The notes beneath the pieces were generated by a model, which did not search any database, was not told where the DNA came from, and was given only the letters and a program-made list of their open reading frames with translations. A program made the position numbers and the translations under genes. A DNA stretch of 55,448 bases from a virus (Duplodnaviria > Caudoviricetes): IMG/VR virus record IMGVR_UViG_3300027747_000926, positions 1-55,448 of that record; one strand, given 5' to 3'. Positions 37,518 to 46,687 of this stretch are shown piece after piece; within the stretch, counting starts at the first letter, position 1, and every line of letters starts with the position of its first letter.

Positions 37518-37834
37518 GTTGGCATAACGCTTTCGAACCCTGGGAAATTTATGAATTTACCTCTGAAGTAAATGAATTTATCAGATCATTTGGGTTTAAC
37601 ACCGTTGTTGACGATGACGGTGACTGTTCTTGGATTGCCTACATTGAAGATGAGAATGGCGATGACATCTACGACAGAGATAACGGTAGTGAATGGACAG
37701 AAATTGACCGGTATTTACCTGATGATTTGCTGGCCCTGCTAAACGCTGTTCAAGACTGGAGTAACCCAGCTAGTCGTATCTTTAAGAAACGAAAAACCGT
37801 AGTAGGTGCTATGGCTATCCTTCCCCTGCCTTAA
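37514..37834 (+). CDS. Acidic hypothetical protein
   Basis: Asp/Glu- and aromatic-rich core, GGAGG RBS. Confidence 0.65.
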   Translation: MSWHNAFEPWEIYEFTSEVNEFIRSFGFNTVVDDDGDCSWIAYIEDENGDDIYDRDNGSEWTEIDRYLPDDLLALLNAVQDWSNPASRIFKKRKTVVGAMAILPLP

Positions 37835-37847
37835 TCATGTCCATATA

Positions 37848-37904
37848 TATCAGTAATGGTGATACATGTGCATAGTTAACGCTATTTTATTAGTAATAGT
37901 AACA
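37848..37904. promoter_or_regulatory. Two putative 17-bp operators upstream of the amidoligase operon
   Basis: TATCAGTAATGGTGATA (37848-37864) and TATTAGTAATAGTAACA (37888-37904). Confidence 0.5.
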
Positions 37905-37936
37905 CAGTTGTTTGCTTTTAATAGTCATCAACCAAC

Positions 37937-37974
37937 GTCTATCGCCTCTCTTTCCTTTAGGAAAGGCGATTGAC
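37937..37974 (+). promoter_or_regulatory. Bulged hairpin element H3
   Basis: ATCGCC-tctc-TTTCC-ttta-GGAAA-GGCGAT, preceded by AACCAACG. Confidence 0.6.
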
Positions 37975-38003
37975 TTTTCTTTTTCTCAACCTCAGGAGGT
38001 TTT

Positions 38004-39503
38004 ATGTCCAGTAAATTGTATTTTTATGCAAGAAAACGGGTGTATCGAGATGATATGGGTGGCAATGAGTTCGTCCGTATCCTCGTAAAGCGTGTCCTTA
38101 AATCAGTAGCTCGGTCTACTGGCGGTAGGATTCACACCAACCGTTGGCTCAGGTTAATCAATGAACTAGCAGCTGCTCACCCAACAGATGGTGAAGGTCA
38201 GAAGTTTATGGAAAACCTGACAGCCTATGTCATGTCATTTAAAAAGACTCATCCATTAACAGTGGTTCGGATGGCCTTGATGCTTGACATTATTAAAGGT
38301 CGTGTATTTACCCGTGAAAATGATTCGTTTGATTACGGCGCATTACTTCAGTCTCACTTAACCTTGTTTGAAACAGTCAATGATGTATCTTGGATTGATT
38401 CTGTTGGCGTAAAAATGGGCATAGATAGAGCTGGTTGCGGTCACTTTGCTATGGTAACTAACACGTTGTTTGGCGATGATGACAGCGTTACTGCTAGATC
38501 TACTGTATGTTCGCATTGTACAAACCAATTAATAGATGATGGCACTCGTCAAATGGCTAGTGATAGCACGCTAATACTATCTAAGTATGCAGTATCTTAT
38601 CTAGATCCAAGCAATCATATACGTATCGCTGATCGACGCAGGGATTACCTTCGTCAGTTAGATGATGGCCGCTGGGTTCACATTGACTGGACTCCATATC
38701 GCGGCCTGGTTGCTGGCTACCACAGTAGCAAGTCTAAAGGGTTTGACGTCATTGATAGCCCTTGGTTTAGACAGAATCGCCGTGCCTTTGGTCTTGAGTT
38801 AGAAGTTCAGGTGACATCTGGCTCTGCAAACTTAGATGCAATGGCTGGCCGGGTTCATGATCTGTTTAATCCTAACGGTGCAGTTGGTGAGTACTGCTTC
38901 TTCGAGCGTGATGGTTCTATTGGTCATGGCTTTGAGATTGTTACTCAACCAGCAGGCATGGACATACACCGAGATAAGTTTGCATTGTTCTTAAACAATC
39001 CTGAAACTAAAAAAGGTATGCGTTCTCATGAAGGTGGTAGCTGTGGTTTGCACATACACGTAGGTAGACAGTACCTTACGCAAGCTCAGATCTTTAGAGT
39101 TCAATCCTTTCTCAACGATGTCAGAAACGAAGGGATTATTCGTATGATTGCCCGTCGTTATGGTGCTGGTTATTGCAGGGTTAAACCTGAGATGGCTAAG
39201 TTCACACCTTACAACAAGCAAAACGGAGATCGTTACGAGATGCTGAACATTCAGAACAGAGATACCGTTGAGTTTCGTATCTTCAGGGGTTCACTGCGTT
39301 ATGAATCTGTGATGGCAGCTCTTGAGTTCTGTAATGCGCTGCTTACTTTCTGTCAGCCAGGTGAGGTGTCATTCACCCAGTTCAATGCTGTTGGTTTTAA
39401 GACTTACATTCAGAGTCAATCAATGAAGCAAGACACTAAGTTCTTGCGTAGTTATTTACGCATGAGTGAAGACACCGACAACGAAAGGCAGGTTGCTGCA
39501 TGA
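38004..39503 (+). CDS. Putative amidoligase (COOH-NH2 ligase fold) with long N-terminal extension
   Basis: FGLELEV, ERDGSI...FEIVTQP, CGLHIHVG, RYEMLN and TVEFRIFRG. Confidence 0.88.
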   Translation: MSSKLYFYARKRVYRDDMGGNEFVRILVKRVLKSVARSTGGRIHTNRWLRLINELAAAHPTDGEGQKFMENLTAYVMSFKKTHPLTVVRMALMLDIIKGRVFTRENDSFDYGALLQSHLTLFETVNDVSWIDSVGVKMGIDRAGCGHFAMVTNTLFGDDDSVTARSTVCSHCTNQLIDDGTRQMASDSTLILSKYAVSYLDPSNHIRIADRRRDYLRQLDDGRWVHIDWTPYRGLVAGYHSSKSKGFDVIDSPWFRQNRRAFGLELEVQVTSGSANLDAMAGRVHDLFNPNGAVGEYCFFERDGSIGHGFEIVTQPAGMDIHRDKFALFLNNPETKKGMRSHEGGSCGLHIHVGRQYLTQAQIFRVQSFLNDVRNEGIIRMIARRYGAGYCRVKPEMAKFTPYNKQNGDRYEMLNIQNRDTVEFRIFRGSLRYESVMAALEFCNALLTFCQPGEVSFTQFNAVGFKTYIQSQSMKQDTKFLRSYLRMSEDTDNERQVAA

Positions 39504-39624
39504 GTATCAGAACAGATGCAAAAGTTTGGACAAATCTCACCGAGGCTGAGGCTTCATCTCTCATCAGTTGTTTAGTGGCTAATCGTATTAGCTATGCTAT
39601 TTTAAATTAAGAAAGGTAATAATT

Positions 39625-40656
39625 ATGTGTATATTAATTCACCATCCAGTAGGTTCTGTATTAACTGACGCTCACTTTGAGGACTTCTATGATCGTAATC
39701 CTGATGGTTTTGGCGCCATTGTTAACAACGCTCATGGTGTAAATGTCATCAAGCATGTCGGTACATTAGAAGAAGTTCAACAGTTATATCGTGACCACGT
39801 TATGGGTTTTGATGCGGTTATCCATATGCGCTGGCGTACTCACGGCGATGTCAATCTAGATAACTGCCACCCTTATGAGGTTGTTCCTGGCATGTGGATG
39901 TCTCACAATGGGATACTTAGTACGGGTAATGCAGCTGATCAAACTCGATCTGATACTTGGCATTACATTCAGAACTATCTGCGACCTTTGCTGCTAGAAA
40001 ATCCAGAGCTTATTCATATACCAGCATTTCAGGCTTATGTTGGTAGCCATATTGGTTACAACAATAAGTTTGGCTTTATGACAGAGGATGGTCGTAGCGT
40101 CATCATCAATCGCAGTGCTGGTATCGAGCATGAAGGTGTGTGGTTTTCTAATACCTATGCTTGGACTCCTCATAAGTTTGGCTACAGAACAGCGTATCAG
40201 TATGGTTCATCACCTAATTATGCTACGCAAACTACGTATGCCAAGCCTACCACCCAAGCTGGTTTTGACTTTACCAAGCCAGCCAAATACCAAAAGCCTA
40301 AAGCTAAATCCAAGACAGCTAAGAAAGCTACTACCAAGAAATCTATAGCCAATGCTATAGGAAAGATCAGTGAAGATTCTTACAAGAGAATCATTCGATC
40401 TTGCTTTAATGAGATTGAGTTGGATGGATTTCACGGCGCCTTGCGCTGGTGTACTGACAATCCAATGAAAGCTATGCACTTTATCTATAACGGTATGCCT
40501 AGCGAAAATCCTCAGGAAGTTTCTGACATGGTAAATGAGACGCCTGATTTAGCTGCCGACCACATCATGGAGATCTGGGATATGTATGGCGAGGACTTAG
40601 CTGAGATGGCTGGCATTCAACAATCTTTTACAGGAGTTAATTACTATGATATTTAA
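39625..40656 (+). CDS. Class II (Ntn) glutamine amidotransferase
   Basis: Cys2, NPDGFG, HMRWRTHG, NCHPY, HNG and SDT. Confidence 0.9.
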   Translation: MCILIHHPVGSVLTDAHFEDFYDRNPDGFGAIVNNAHGVNVIKHVGTLEEVQQLYRDHVMGFDAVIHMRWRTHGDVNLDNCHPYEVVPGMWMSHNGILSTGNAADQTRSDTWHYIQNYLRPLLLENPELIHIPAFQAYVGSHIGYNNKFGFMTEDGRSVIINRSAGIEHEGVWFSNTYAWTPHKFGYRTAYQYGSSPNYATQTTYAKPTTQAGFDFTKPAKYQKPKAKSKTAKKATTKKSIANAIGKISEDSYKRIIRSCFNEIELDGFHGALRWCTDNPMKAMHFIYNGMPSENPQEVSDMVNETPDLAADHIMEIWDMYGEDLAEMAGIQQSFTGVNYYDI

Positions 40657-40975
40657 TCAGAGAATCAATCGTACCTTTGCTGAATTTAACGCAAACGACT
40701 ACGACTTTAATGAGTTCAAGCGTGCCTTGAATCTTTCAAGGTCAGGCACTGACATTACTCTGGGCTATTCTGACAAGGTATTTTTTCAAATACCAGACAG
40801 TGTATTTAGATGTCAGACAGATGATCAGCAAAGGGTACTTGGCATTTCAACCAGTAGCTTTATGAAGTTTGCTATGTATGCATACCTTCAAGAGCTGGGT
40901 AAGGTCAATGACTTTATGAACTATGCCAAGCGTCATGGCTACTCGGTTCGCAATACTGCAAGTAGTTTCTACTAA
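40646..40975 (+). CDS. Hypothetical protein
   Basis: AGGAG RBS, overlaps the amidotransferase stop. Confidence 0.6.
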   Translation: MIFNQRINRTFAEFNANDYDFNEFKRALNLSRSGTDITLGYSDKVFFQIPDSVFRCQTDDQQRVLGISTSSFMKFAMYAYLQELGKVNDFMNYAKRHGYSVRNTASSFY

Positions 40976-41031
40976 ACCAATGGGGTTGGTATGCCTATGC
41001 GTATCAGCCCCGCTAATAAAGGAGTTGTTAT

Positions 41032-41202
41032 ATGTCTAAGTATAAATATTACCTCATAGAAAAAACCGTCTTACACGTAACGGTGGAAGCCAACGATCGT
41101 GATGAGGCAGATGAAAAGGTCGAAGGTATCTTGGAAGATGATCCCGACTGGGGTATGGGTGGCATGGAAGTTACCTATGAATTTGCGGGGGAGGAATCAT
41201 GA
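41032..41202 (+). CDS. Small acidic protein (56 aa, not in ORF track)
   Basis: AAGGAG RBS; ...VTVEANDRDEADEKVEGILEDD... Confidence 0.65.
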   Translation: MSKYKYYLIEKTVLHVTVEANDRDEADEKVEGILEDDPDWGMGGMEVTYEFAGEES

Positions 41203-41465
41203 ACGCAATCGAAGATCATGTTGAAGTATTCCAACGTAGGAAAGGTATGAAGGTTTACCTTGACACCGTTGATAATGGAACTCATCAGTATATTCACCTA
41301 TGCTTTGATGATGACCTTAACGAAACCTGTGGTGGCTATGTTTCAATCAAGCTTGATGACGATGGAGTTATCGTGGATATCATTAATGAAGGGGATGTTC
41401 TTAGTTCATCTTGGGTATCATATGATGAATTACTACCGCCATCCATGAGAAAGGAGTCTGTATGA
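41199..41465 (+). CDS. Acidic hypothetical protein
   Basis: 88 aa, coupled to neighbours. Confidence 0.6.
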   Translation: MNAIEDHVEVFQRRKGMKVYLDTVDNGTHQYIHLCFDDDLNETCGGYVSIKLDDDGVIVDIINEGDVLSSSWVSYDELLPPSMRKESV

Positions 41466-41737
41466 AATTTCTATTTATTCTTTTTGCATTGATCAGTCTG
41501 CAAGTTAACGCTAAAGCTATTGGAGAACTTCCCAATAACTCGGGTGGCAAGATCATATTTACTGATGATGTATGTCAGTACCACCCCGCTGCGAGAAGGG
41601 TTTATTCTTATAGCGGGACTGGTAATACTATGGAAGGATGCTGGTTTATCGAAGATGAAACAGTAGTTGTTCGCTACGAAGATATCAAGCAACCATATCG
41701 ATACCCTTTAAATAAAGTATTAACCCCATCTAAGTAA
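41462..41737 (+). CDS. Secreted protein with signal peptide
   Basis: MKFLFILFALISLQVNA signal peptide; two Cys. Confidence 0.7.
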   Translation: MKFLFILFALISLQVNAKAIGELPNNSGGKIIFTDDVCQYHPAARRVYSYSGTGNTMEGCWFIEDETVVVRYEDIKQPYRYPLNKVLTPSK

Positions 41738-41743
41738 CTAGTC

Positions 41744-42226
41744 CTATGCACTGTGCAAGTTTGGTTCCAGCCATTCCCACAGTGCATCCATCAATCTATC
41801 CTGTATCGGACTCAGGATCTCGGCTAACTCACCTCTGAGTTTCCACGCTTTGTTCGTGGATATGCCAGCTATCTTTGCAGAATCCCTGCTACTTCTCCCA
41901 AGCAATACATTTCTGAGTTGTACTTTATCTAAACCATATTTAGATAGGGTTCCCCTATGTTTTTTCACGATAAGATTGGCGGCCAGTTTTCGTTCCCGCA
42001 TATTTCCGTACACATAAAATGCATACAGCTGCAGATCCTCAGGTTGCCTTGTTAGAAAGTTAAAGATCATTCCTACCTGGGCATGCATGTCATATGAGGT
42101 CAGCCTATCGCTGGTACTTTGGTTGTCTATCTTGTTTGCAAGGTAGGTAGATGATGGCAAGCTAATCACATGACTGTGACGCATACGAAATGCAAATCTT
42201 AAGGCATGCTCAGGTGAGTTAAACAT
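41744..42226 (-). CDS. Putative transcription regulator (late activator/antiterminator-like)
   Basis: C-terminal HTH-like SSRDSAKIAGISTNKAWK; last gene of the replication operon. Confidence 0.45.
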   Translation of the reverse strand: MFNSPEHALRFAFRMRHSHVISLPSSTYLANKIDNQSTSDRLTSYDMHAQVGMIFNFLTRQPEDLQLYAFYVYGNMRERKLAANLIVKKHRGTLSKYGLDKVQLRNVLLGRSSRDSAKIAGISTNKAWKLRGELAEILSPIQDRLMDALWEWLEPNLHSA

Positions 42227-42614
42227 TCCAATCTTCCTTGACTAAGTGTGCAAACAACTTCAGGGATATCTCAGATGTCCATTCATATTCATCCCCATAC
42301 CCCATTGTTACTACCGCCCTCCACTCTCTTCTGTCTTGTCTAAAGACGAGCGCGGGTCGTTTCGCATCGTTCCGTGCCTGAGTTAATGTCTGCTCCCAGA
42401 ATCTTTCCATGTCAGCAGGTTTAATCTCAGCATACCTTTTCACCTCAAGCGCCCAGTTACCTAAGCCTAGGATGTCATGTCCACCATCTCTGGTCTGGTC
42501 AAGGTTTCGGGTCAGTTCAGATGTCATCTCAGGTGGCAATAGCTTCTTGAGTTCATCGATTACTTCTCGCTCTCCAGCCTTACCCTTAGCTCTGCTATTG
42601 ATCTTGCCCATCAT
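42219..42614 (-). CDS. PD-(D/E)XK Holliday junction resolvase-like nuclease
   Basis: NSRAKGKAGERE...GGHDI...ALEVKR...PALVFRQDRREW. Confidence 0.8.
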   Translation of the reverse strand: MMGKINSRAKGKAGEREVIDELKKLLPPEMTSELTRNLDQTRDGGHDILGLGNWALEVKRYAEIKPADMERFWEQTLTQARNDAKRPALVFRQDRREWRAVVTMGYGDEYEWTSEISLKLFAHLVKEDWNV

Positions 42615-42970
42615 TCATTCCAATTCATAATCGCATCACCCTTAACAGCCCTACTCCAAAAGCGACTGACATTTGATACGCCTATTACTTCAGTCTCCCC
42701 ACTTCTGCTGCGCCAGATAACAAACCTCGTCTCAGGATGGGCGCATCTACCTTGACTCATCATGTCCTCTTTGTGAGATTGCACACAGTCAATGCAGTAC
42801 CCGTTGTCTTGTGGTGAATTCGATTGCTTCATCAGCCAAAGGTAATCACGGTATTGTTTTGAATCATTGAAACAATCAGGATGAGACTCTCCATGCGGTG
42901 CATTTAGCACTTTGCGTGGGTCGGTATGATTCATCTTATGTGCCATAGACTTTCTTCTCTGCACGCTCAT
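42611..42970 (-). CDS. Cys-containing hypothetical protein
   Basis: PDCF...YCIDC...GRC. Confidence 0.6.
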   Translation of the reverse strand: MSVQRRKSMAHKMNHTDPRKVLNAPHGESHPDCFNDSKQYRDYLWLMKQSNSPQDNGYCIDCVQSHKEDMMSQGRCAHPETRFVIWRSRSGETEVIGVSNVSRFWSRAVKGDAIMNWNE

Positions 42971-43280
42971 CTGCCTTCATCGTTCGCCATGCTTCAAAGG
43001 CCATCTCATCTGCCTTCATGTCATATCTGAGGCGCTCTTCCTCTTCTACCGCAGCAAGCACACCCTCTAACATTGTCTTGTGATACATCTCAGATGCATA
43101 TGCCTCGCGCTCCTGGGCCGCAGCAGTCTTGTAACCCTGCACCTCAGCCTCACGCATGAGCATGGCAAACTTAGACTTCTTAAACTCTTCTAGGTAAGTG
43201 CGTCTTGCCCTAGCCTTAGCAAACAATGCGCCCTTCTCTCGGTACTCTTGAAGCAACAGCTCAATATCTCTTTCCATCAC
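42936..43280 (-). CDS. Coiled-coil protein (UvsY-like architecture)
   Basis: YLEEFKKSK...QEREAYAS...FEAWRT. Confidence 0.55.
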   Translation of the reverse strand: MMERDIELLLQEYREKGALFAKARARRTYLEEFKKSKFAMLMREAEVQGYKTAAAQEREAYASEMYHKTMLEGVLAAVEEEERLRYDMKADEMAFEAWRTMKADERAEKKVYGT

Positions 43281-43571
43281 TTATCCTTTCGTTTTGATTA
43301 AGCCCTTGTCCCACAACCTCATATAAGTTCTGCTAATAGCGGTGAGCATGAGTTCTCGTCGCTCTTCTTTTGTCTGATTCTTTCCTTGATCTAACTCAGC
43401 GTGACATCGATAGCACAACCACGCATGCATTCCATCGTGAGCCTTCATCCCTCTGCCCTTGCCATGCTCTAGCAAATTAGAATGAGCGGCAACCACAGTA
43501 CCGTCATCTGAGTCACACATGACACACGCTTGCCCTCTTGCAAAGGCGAGGAGCTTAGGCGATCTAAACAC
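43281..43571 (-). CDS. DUF1364/YbcO-like HNH-fold nuclease
   Basis: ARGQACVMC...TVVAAHSN...GKGRGMKAHD...LCYRCHAELD. Confidence 0.8.
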   Translation of the reverse strand: MFRSPKLLAFARGQACVMCDSDDGTVVAAHSNLLEHGKGRGMKAHDGMHAWLCYRCHAELDQGKNQTKEERRELMLTAISRTYMRLWDKGLIKTKG

Positions 43572-43696
43572 TAAACACCAAGCTGATGTAATCCATCAAC
43601 TCAAACAGAAGGTGGGCAAACAAAACACCAAGCAATGAAAATAAACAGACAATACCTACTGAATAAATTATTTCTTTATATGCACTCATATGATTC

Positions 43697-45388
43697 CTAT
43701 CGGATGTAAACAGAAGAAAGTTCTGGTATGTTGAATTGACCTGAGTTCATATCCCACTCGAGCTTAGTCACACCTATCTGACCTAACCAGCGGCTGCGAA
43801 TCTTTTGAATATGAATCTCAGAATAGGCATACGGATCTGACTTATCTCTATGTACGGCAATGATGTTGTCTGCCTTATTAAAGAAGTGAGCCGAACCTGC
43901 TACGTCATAGCCTGTAGGTACTGGGTACTTGCCATCCATTCCCTTTTGCAACTTTGTTGGGTGCGCCACTAACCAAATGTGTACGTTAAATTCCCGTGCA
44001 AACCCACGTATTCTTGCTAAGAAATCTGAGACGTACTCAGTCTCGGAGATACCTTCCTTGCGATTGGTATGGGTGATCTCGTTATAAGGATCAACTATTA
44101 ATCCCTTCATGCCATAGCGTCTGACTAATAGCTTGGCTTTTGTCAGTAAGGAATCTAAGGTTCTGTCCTCAGGTAAGATAAATTTAAAGAACGCATTGAC
44201 CCACTCCTTAGCCTCAGCAAATTCCTCAGGTGACATCTTGTTGAGACGCTTGCCAATATACTTTTCCATCAGCTTAGTCGCGTGATATGAGACAGGCTGG
44301 TTCTCAGGTGAGCATACCCCGATGACCCAACTGTTGTGCTTGGTCAGGTTCATGGCTAAGGCATCGAGCCACTCAGATTTACCCATGCCTGGAACACCAG
44401 TTACCAGAGTCCACTGCCCCTCAGATGGGCGATAGAATTGATCTACGTTTTCCCAGCCAGTAGGGATGCCAACAGGTAGACCATCCTCATAGATAGTATC
44501 GAGTTCACTATTGAAATCTTCTAACTGATATACACCATCAACTGGATAGGGTTTTGCAAATGAGATGACATCACGGAGAATGTCAGGTCCGTGCTTAAGC
44601 AATGTGTCATTAGCATCCTTGCATCCCTCAGGCCACGTTACCCGCCAGCATCTATCCTTGCCAAGCCTTCTCGCAAGTTCCTCTTCTAATCTTTTGCCGG
44701 GTAGATCGTTGTCAACTGCAAGAACAAACTTCTCTACGTTCTCAATGAACGGATCTTCTACATCGATGTAGGTAAATTTATTTTCTAAGTTCTTTGACTG
44801 AGGTGTTGGCGCCCCATCAGGCACTGAAATGGCATGACGAAGACCAGCAACCTCAAGGGCTAGAGCATCGAACTCACCTTCGGTAATGATGGTGCATTTC
44901 GGATCGATGTCGTCGTACTTATACCAACACTTTTCTGCGCCCCCTTCTTGGGTGAAATATTTATTGCGATCACGGTACTTGACATTGACAACTACGCCAT
45001 CCTTAATGAATGGGAATGCCATGCAAGTCACCTCTTCCTCACGCTGAGGCATATAGTGCGTGGTCATTGTGATCTGGTTACGAGCTGCAACCTCAGGTGT
45101 AATACCTCTATCCGCTAGTACATCTAAACCCTTCTGTTCTAAGGGTGCGCTACGAAATTCTGGGCGACGATATTCCTTTTTCGCCGTGATTGGCCGCATA
45201 TAGTTTCCTTTTTTTATTGACCCTGACCAACCGCAATGCCAGCAGTTGTAGACACCAAGATCTAGGCTGACGTTCAAACAGGGGTATGATTTCTTTTTGC
45301 GTGTGTGTGAGCAATTAGGACAGATCGTCTTGATCTCGCCTGATGTTTGGTTTTTCACATCGATGTTAAGTTCACGCCAACTTTGCAT
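43697..45388 (-). CDS. Primase-helicase (T7 gp4/Twinkle-like)
   Basis: Zn finger CPNC..CWHC, TOPRIM ITEGEFDAL/DND/KDAND, Walker A GVPGMGKS, VAHP and GSAHFFNKAD. Confidence 0.93.
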   Translation of the reverse strand: MQSWRELNIDVKNQTSGEIKTICPNCSHTRKKKSYPCLNVSLDLGVYNCWHCGWSGSIKKGNYMRPITAKKEYRRPEFRSAPLEQKGLDVLADRGITPEVAARNQITMTTHYMPQREEEVTCMAFPFIKDGVVVNVKYRDRNKYFTQEGGAEKCWYKYDDIDPKCTIITEGEFDALALEVAGLRHAISVPDGAPTPQSKNLENKFTYIDVEDPFIENVEKFVLAVDNDLPGKRLEEELARRLGKDRCWRVTWPEGCKDANDTLLKHGPDILRDVISFAKPYPVDGVYQLEDFNSELDTIYEDGLPVGIPTGWENVDQFYRPSEGQWTLVTGVPGMGKSEWLDALAMNLTKHNSWVIGVCSPENQPVSYHATKLMEKYIGKRLNKMSPEEFAEAKEWVNAFFKFILPEDRTLDSLLTKAKLLVRRYGMKGLIVDPYNEITHTNRKEGISETEYVSDFLARIRGFAREFNVHIWLVAHPTKLQKGMDGKYPVPTGYDVAGSAHFFNKADNIIAVHRDKSDPYAYSEIHIQKIRSRWLGQIGVTKLEWDMNSGQFNIPELSSVYIR

Positions 45389-45424
45389 ACACCCCTTATC
45401 TTTATATCAATAATAATAATACTT

Positions 45425-45441
45425 TATTAGCGCTACTGATA
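45425..45441. promoter_or_regulatory. Putative 17-bp operator upstream of the primase-helicase
   Basis: TATTAGCGCTACTGATA. Confidence 0.6.
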
Positions 45442-45805
45442 TTAGTGTAAACCCTTGTTTGCCCTATAGCAATAGGATGTAACAAGTTTTTTATTAGTAA
45501 TTATTAGGGTAAACAGAACCCCCTTTTCCCTTTGGGCGGGGGCATTGACCTGGATGTTTAGTAACAATATGTAACTAGTAATTATGTTTACCTTAGATCC
45601 GAACGTACCTCCCCTATCCTACCTAGAAAGAGAGGTTCGTTCAGCATGGGCTTTACCTTGAGTCCATTAGCACCCGACAGACTTTCACACTAGAGGTTCT
45701 ATCTTCCCCGCCTCTTCTCGCATTACAAGTGTTTATCCCGTGGCTCGAGTAACTACAAGAACTGACGCCACCGTTGTTGTACCCGTCCATCAATTCTTGG
45801 AAAGA

Positions 45806-45887
45806 TATTAGCACAACTAATATTGTATTTGCAAACATTGATTTGTTCACACTAACTATTGACTATCAGTCATTAGGTTGTTAGTAT
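45806..45887 (+). promoter_or_regulatory. Operator TATTAGCACAACTAATA and sigma70-like promoter for the repressor
   Basis: Perfect half-site symmetry at 45806-45822; TTGACT (45859) -17 bp- TAGTAT (45882). Confidence 0.5.
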
Positions 45888-45983
45888 GTAGGCGTTAGTG
45901 TTACTTCATATGCATGAAGTAATTTTTATAAGTATTTAACAATCTTAGATAGCATTAAACAATAATCTATCAGCTGATAGAAT

Positions 45984-46655
45984 ATGGAGGGTACAAAAAT
46001 GATCGAAAGATATATGGATGAACAGTCATTAGCCGATGCAAAGCGTCTTAAAAAACTATGGCTAGAAAAGAAAGATGAACTTCATCTATCTCAAGTCAAG
46101 GCTGCTAAAGAGTTCGGTTACAGTAGCCAAGGAGCAGTCTCACAATATTTAAATGGTAAGGCCGCATTAAACATGAGTGCGGTTGCTAAGTTTGCTCAAT
46201 TACTAAAGGTCAATGTTGCTGATATTTCTCCACGCTTTGGATCTATGGTTGCCAATCAAAAGCCCACCCCATTAGATAGCTATTGCGCCCCTGCCATAGG
46301 TTCTATTAATGGTCGTAATACCGACATCTGCCTAGACTGGTTTGCGTTCTCCAAAGGATTTCTGAAATCAATTAACTCCAATCCTGAGCATATCAAAACA
46401 GTGCGCCTAGACGATGGATCATTTAATGAATACCCAACTGGTACTTTGTTGATGGTAGATGACAGCCACCAATCATCCCCTAAGGATGGAGTCTATCTAA
46501 TGGAAATGAATGGCGGAATTGTGGCGCGCAGAATTCATGTGGTGTCAGATGTCATCACCATTTCTGGTGGGAAGAAAGATATCAAGGTCAGCGCAGATAC
46601 ATTTGAAATGCTACGTATATTAGCTAAAGTGATCTTAGTGTTAACCCCAGTATAA
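45984..46655 (+). CDS. cI: Lambda CI-like repressor (HTH plus degenerate S24 domain)
   Basis: DAKRLKKLWLEKKDELHLSQ...SQGAVSQYLNGKAALN parallels the lambda CI N-domain; the C-terminus is S24-like. Confidence 0.85.
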   Translation: MEGTKMIERYMDEQSLADAKRLKKLWLEKKDELHLSQVKAAKEFGYSSQGAVSQYLNGKAALNMSAVAKFAQLLKVNVADISPRFGSMVANQKPTPLDSYCAPAIGSINGRNTDICLDWFAFSKGFLKSINSNPEHIKTVRLDDGSFNEYPTGTLLMVDDSHQSSPKDGVYLMEMNGGIVARRIHVVSDVITISGGKKDIKVSADTFEMLRILAKVILVLTPV

Positions 46656-46687
46656 ATATATAAGCAGTAAAAATATTTGCTGATATG

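Noticed and set aside
45653-45850. 65-aa minus-strand ORF as Cro
   Set aside because: No HTH pattern and no RBS; it overlaps an operator and lies in the palindrome-rich regulatory region.
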